The translations under genes were made by a program, and so were the position numbers. A stretch of 63,801 nucleotides of DNA, filler included, from Perkinsus chesapeaki ATCC PRA-425 (Eukaryota > Protista > Perkinsozoa), in assembly GCA_013115145.1 (NCBI GenBank). It is 8 parts of 8 records of this genome, joined end to end, with 100 filler letters (N's around TTAATTAATTAA, not from the genome) between each part and the next. Parts side by side here need not be neighbours in the genome. Positions count along the whole stretch, not along the records: positions 59,663 to 63,801 come from JAAPAO010001315.1; 7 more parts are not named here. One strand, given 5' to 3'. This document shows, one piece after another, positions 61,874 through 63,801 of this stretch. Positions within the stretch are counted from its first letter, which is position 1. Each line of letters starts with the position of its first letter. The notes under the pieces are model-generated. The model ran no database searches. It was given only the letters and a program-made list of their open reading frames with translations, and was not told the DNA's origin.

Positions 61874-61936
61874 TTGGGATTCCCAAATGATTTAAGAATC
61901 TTAAATCATTTGGGAATCCCAATCTTAAATTAAGAT
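61874..61936. repeat. 49-bp palindrome with 1-nt loop (61874-61922) followed by a 15-bp hairpin (61922-61936)
   Basis: ttgggattcccaaatgatttaaga-a-tcttaaatcatttgggaatcccaa and atcttaa-a-ttaagat. Confidence 0.95.
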
Positions 61937-62825
61937 CCTTAAGTTAAATGCGGCACACTGTGTGGCTCCTCGGCACCAAGTACAGCGGTACTAGCCTCAC
62001 AGAAACGTGTGGCTTCAAAATCAACAAGAGTTCTTGATGACAAGGTGCAAATAAAATTTAGCTAGGAAATATGTTTCTAGTCATACGAGTCCAGGAGCAT
62101 ACCCGGTCTAACCTAGGAATCAGATCAGGAGGAAGCATCAAATACATTCCATCTAGTAGAATCTAGTACACCTCCAAAGATCCGCCGAGCAACACAAGTG
62201 AGTTTGAAAGATCATTTTAGATGACAACGAAGCTGTGTGTACGCATGCATGGCTTTAGTCTCTTCGCCGATGATCTTGTAAAACTTCGCACGGACCAACA
62301 ACGCCTAAAAGAAGCAATGAACCTCTACACTGCGAGTGAAAACTATGCAAAAAGTTTCGGTCTCTTTCTGATCTCATTCTTCAATGAGACTCAAAGGCTA
62401 AGCTCAGACACCGAAACCGAGTGGGACAGCTCACTTTCGCAATGGCAGCTTTACTGGCTCCTTCTTGGATGGGCGGCAAATCACCTTCCATCGATTTAAG
62501 CTCGTCTAATACATCGGGAACTAGAAACCGTGACAGTCGTGTAGAAACATCAACTAAGAACGAAATGACGGGACGATGACCGAATTCCCGGAAGGACTGA
62601 GTTTCATGTTTCTTCTTTCACTAGAAAACATTCGACCGTAACTCTCAATCATGGATACTTGGCAAATATGAAGAAGCATTCGGATAGTGGCAATTGCGTC
62701 GGAAGTAGCCGGCAGGTTTGCCTACTTTCTGTCGTATCCTTTTCGTTCATCCCGTCTTGTAGTTCTCCCAATGCAGAAATCCAGGCCTGGAGTATCTCGT
62801 CGTACTGGATGTCCAAGTTACTTCG

Positions 62826-62958
62826 AAAAGGCGGATTACTAAAGTGAAGAAGAGGATTACTGAATTGAAGAAAAGGGCTACTAAAGTGAAGAAGAGGGTT
62901 GCTAAAGTAAAGAAGAGGATTACTTAAGTGAAGAAGAGGATTACCAAATTGAAGAGGC
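62826..62958. repeat. Degenerate 21-bp tandem repeat, about 6 units
   Basis: Consensus aagaagaggattactaaagtg; reads KKRITKV on the plus strand or SNPLLHF on the minus strand. Confidence 0.8.
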
Positions 62959-63728
62959 GCTTCATTGAATCGATCACTATACCTCATTTTAAGTTGTTCC
63001 TATGTTATAGCATCCACTTCACAAGAAAGCCTTAAATAAAGAGACCCCGTAAATTAAAAAGACCTAGCAACATCTCGGTGCCAGCGAGTTCATTCATTAG
63101 AATATGATGATATAAATTTTCCAAGCGATCGCCTTTGAACATATCCACGATTAGGTATGTCACATTAGTTCTAGTGGTCTCGCCCAAGAAGGACGGTCTT
63201 GCCATTTCAGTAAAGATACACACGGATGAGTAGGGAGCGATTGATCAAACACGTCGATGACGTCATCCCAGGAGTTCCCGACTGTGAGTTATTCGGGAGT
63301 CCCGAATCGGGACTAAGCAACTTGGGATTTTTGAACGTCCCTTTTATTGCGCTCGATTCGAATGACTCGCACATGAATCATCCATTTCCGTTCTTCCTCA
63401 CTTGCAAGTTCCACCCTGCAATGCACGGTTCTCCCAATCCTCAAGAAGATCCTCGACCAACACTTTCCCATCGGACTTCCGGCGGAGTGGCCCCATAGGA
63501 ACTACACAGTGCTAACTGCGGCGGCCGGAATCATTTTAGGTAACTTCCTCCAGAAGATACGAGAATATGACCGCTAGTCCTTAATAGGTACTAGTTCGAG
63601 ACTCGAACTTCGAGTATCTTTTACGTGCCGCGCTGGTATGCCTACACCTTTTCAACGCCTATTGCGACAATAGTAACTTCATTTTCGACGGACGGGCAAA
63701 GTTTACGTTAAGATTCTCGTTTAGTAAG

Positions 63729-63801
63729 TTCAATATACCCTGGGAGGTGGTAGTGGTGGTTTAGTATCGGCCACTTCAATATACCCTGGGAGGTGGTAGT
63801 G
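63729..63801. repeat. Direct repeat with 46-bp period, cut by the window end
   Basis: ttcaatataccctgggaggtggtagtg at 63729-63755 and 63775-63801. Confidence 0.8.

Overview
Eukaryotic, intron-rich protist genomic DNA, most likely the alveolate parasite Perkinsus. This is inferred from the ~40-55 nt GT-AG introns, the gene content and the TTAATTAATTAA-padded 100-N assembly gaps. Recognisable host genes: a Rav1/rabconnectin-3-like protein, a prolyl 4-hydroxylase-like gene, cyclin B, an ankyrin protein, a PP2C phosphatase (apparently fused to an RBM5/10-type zinc finger), EMC4, a type II peroxiredoxin, an RCC1-repeat protein and an S1/P1 nuclease. The middle holds an array of an unannotated, intronless ~272-276 aa secreted protein family: 4 intact copies, 1 frameshifted and 2 remnants. 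The right third is largely transposon debris (gypsy RNaseH-integrase with a nested 217-bp solo LTR, MULE SWIM, possible Tc1). The most striking signal is about 16 short scars with one strict grammar: an 8-bp word minus its last base, then its reverse complement (or longer inverted copies of both flanks), then the word minus its first base. In four cases a paralog or the reading frame reveals the ancestral single 8-mer. This matches the footprint expected when an 8-bp-TSD hAT-type transposon excises through flanking hairpins. Two scars frameshift ORFs, so excision scarring appears to be a dense, gene-disrupting mutational process here. No hAT transposase is recognisable in the window.
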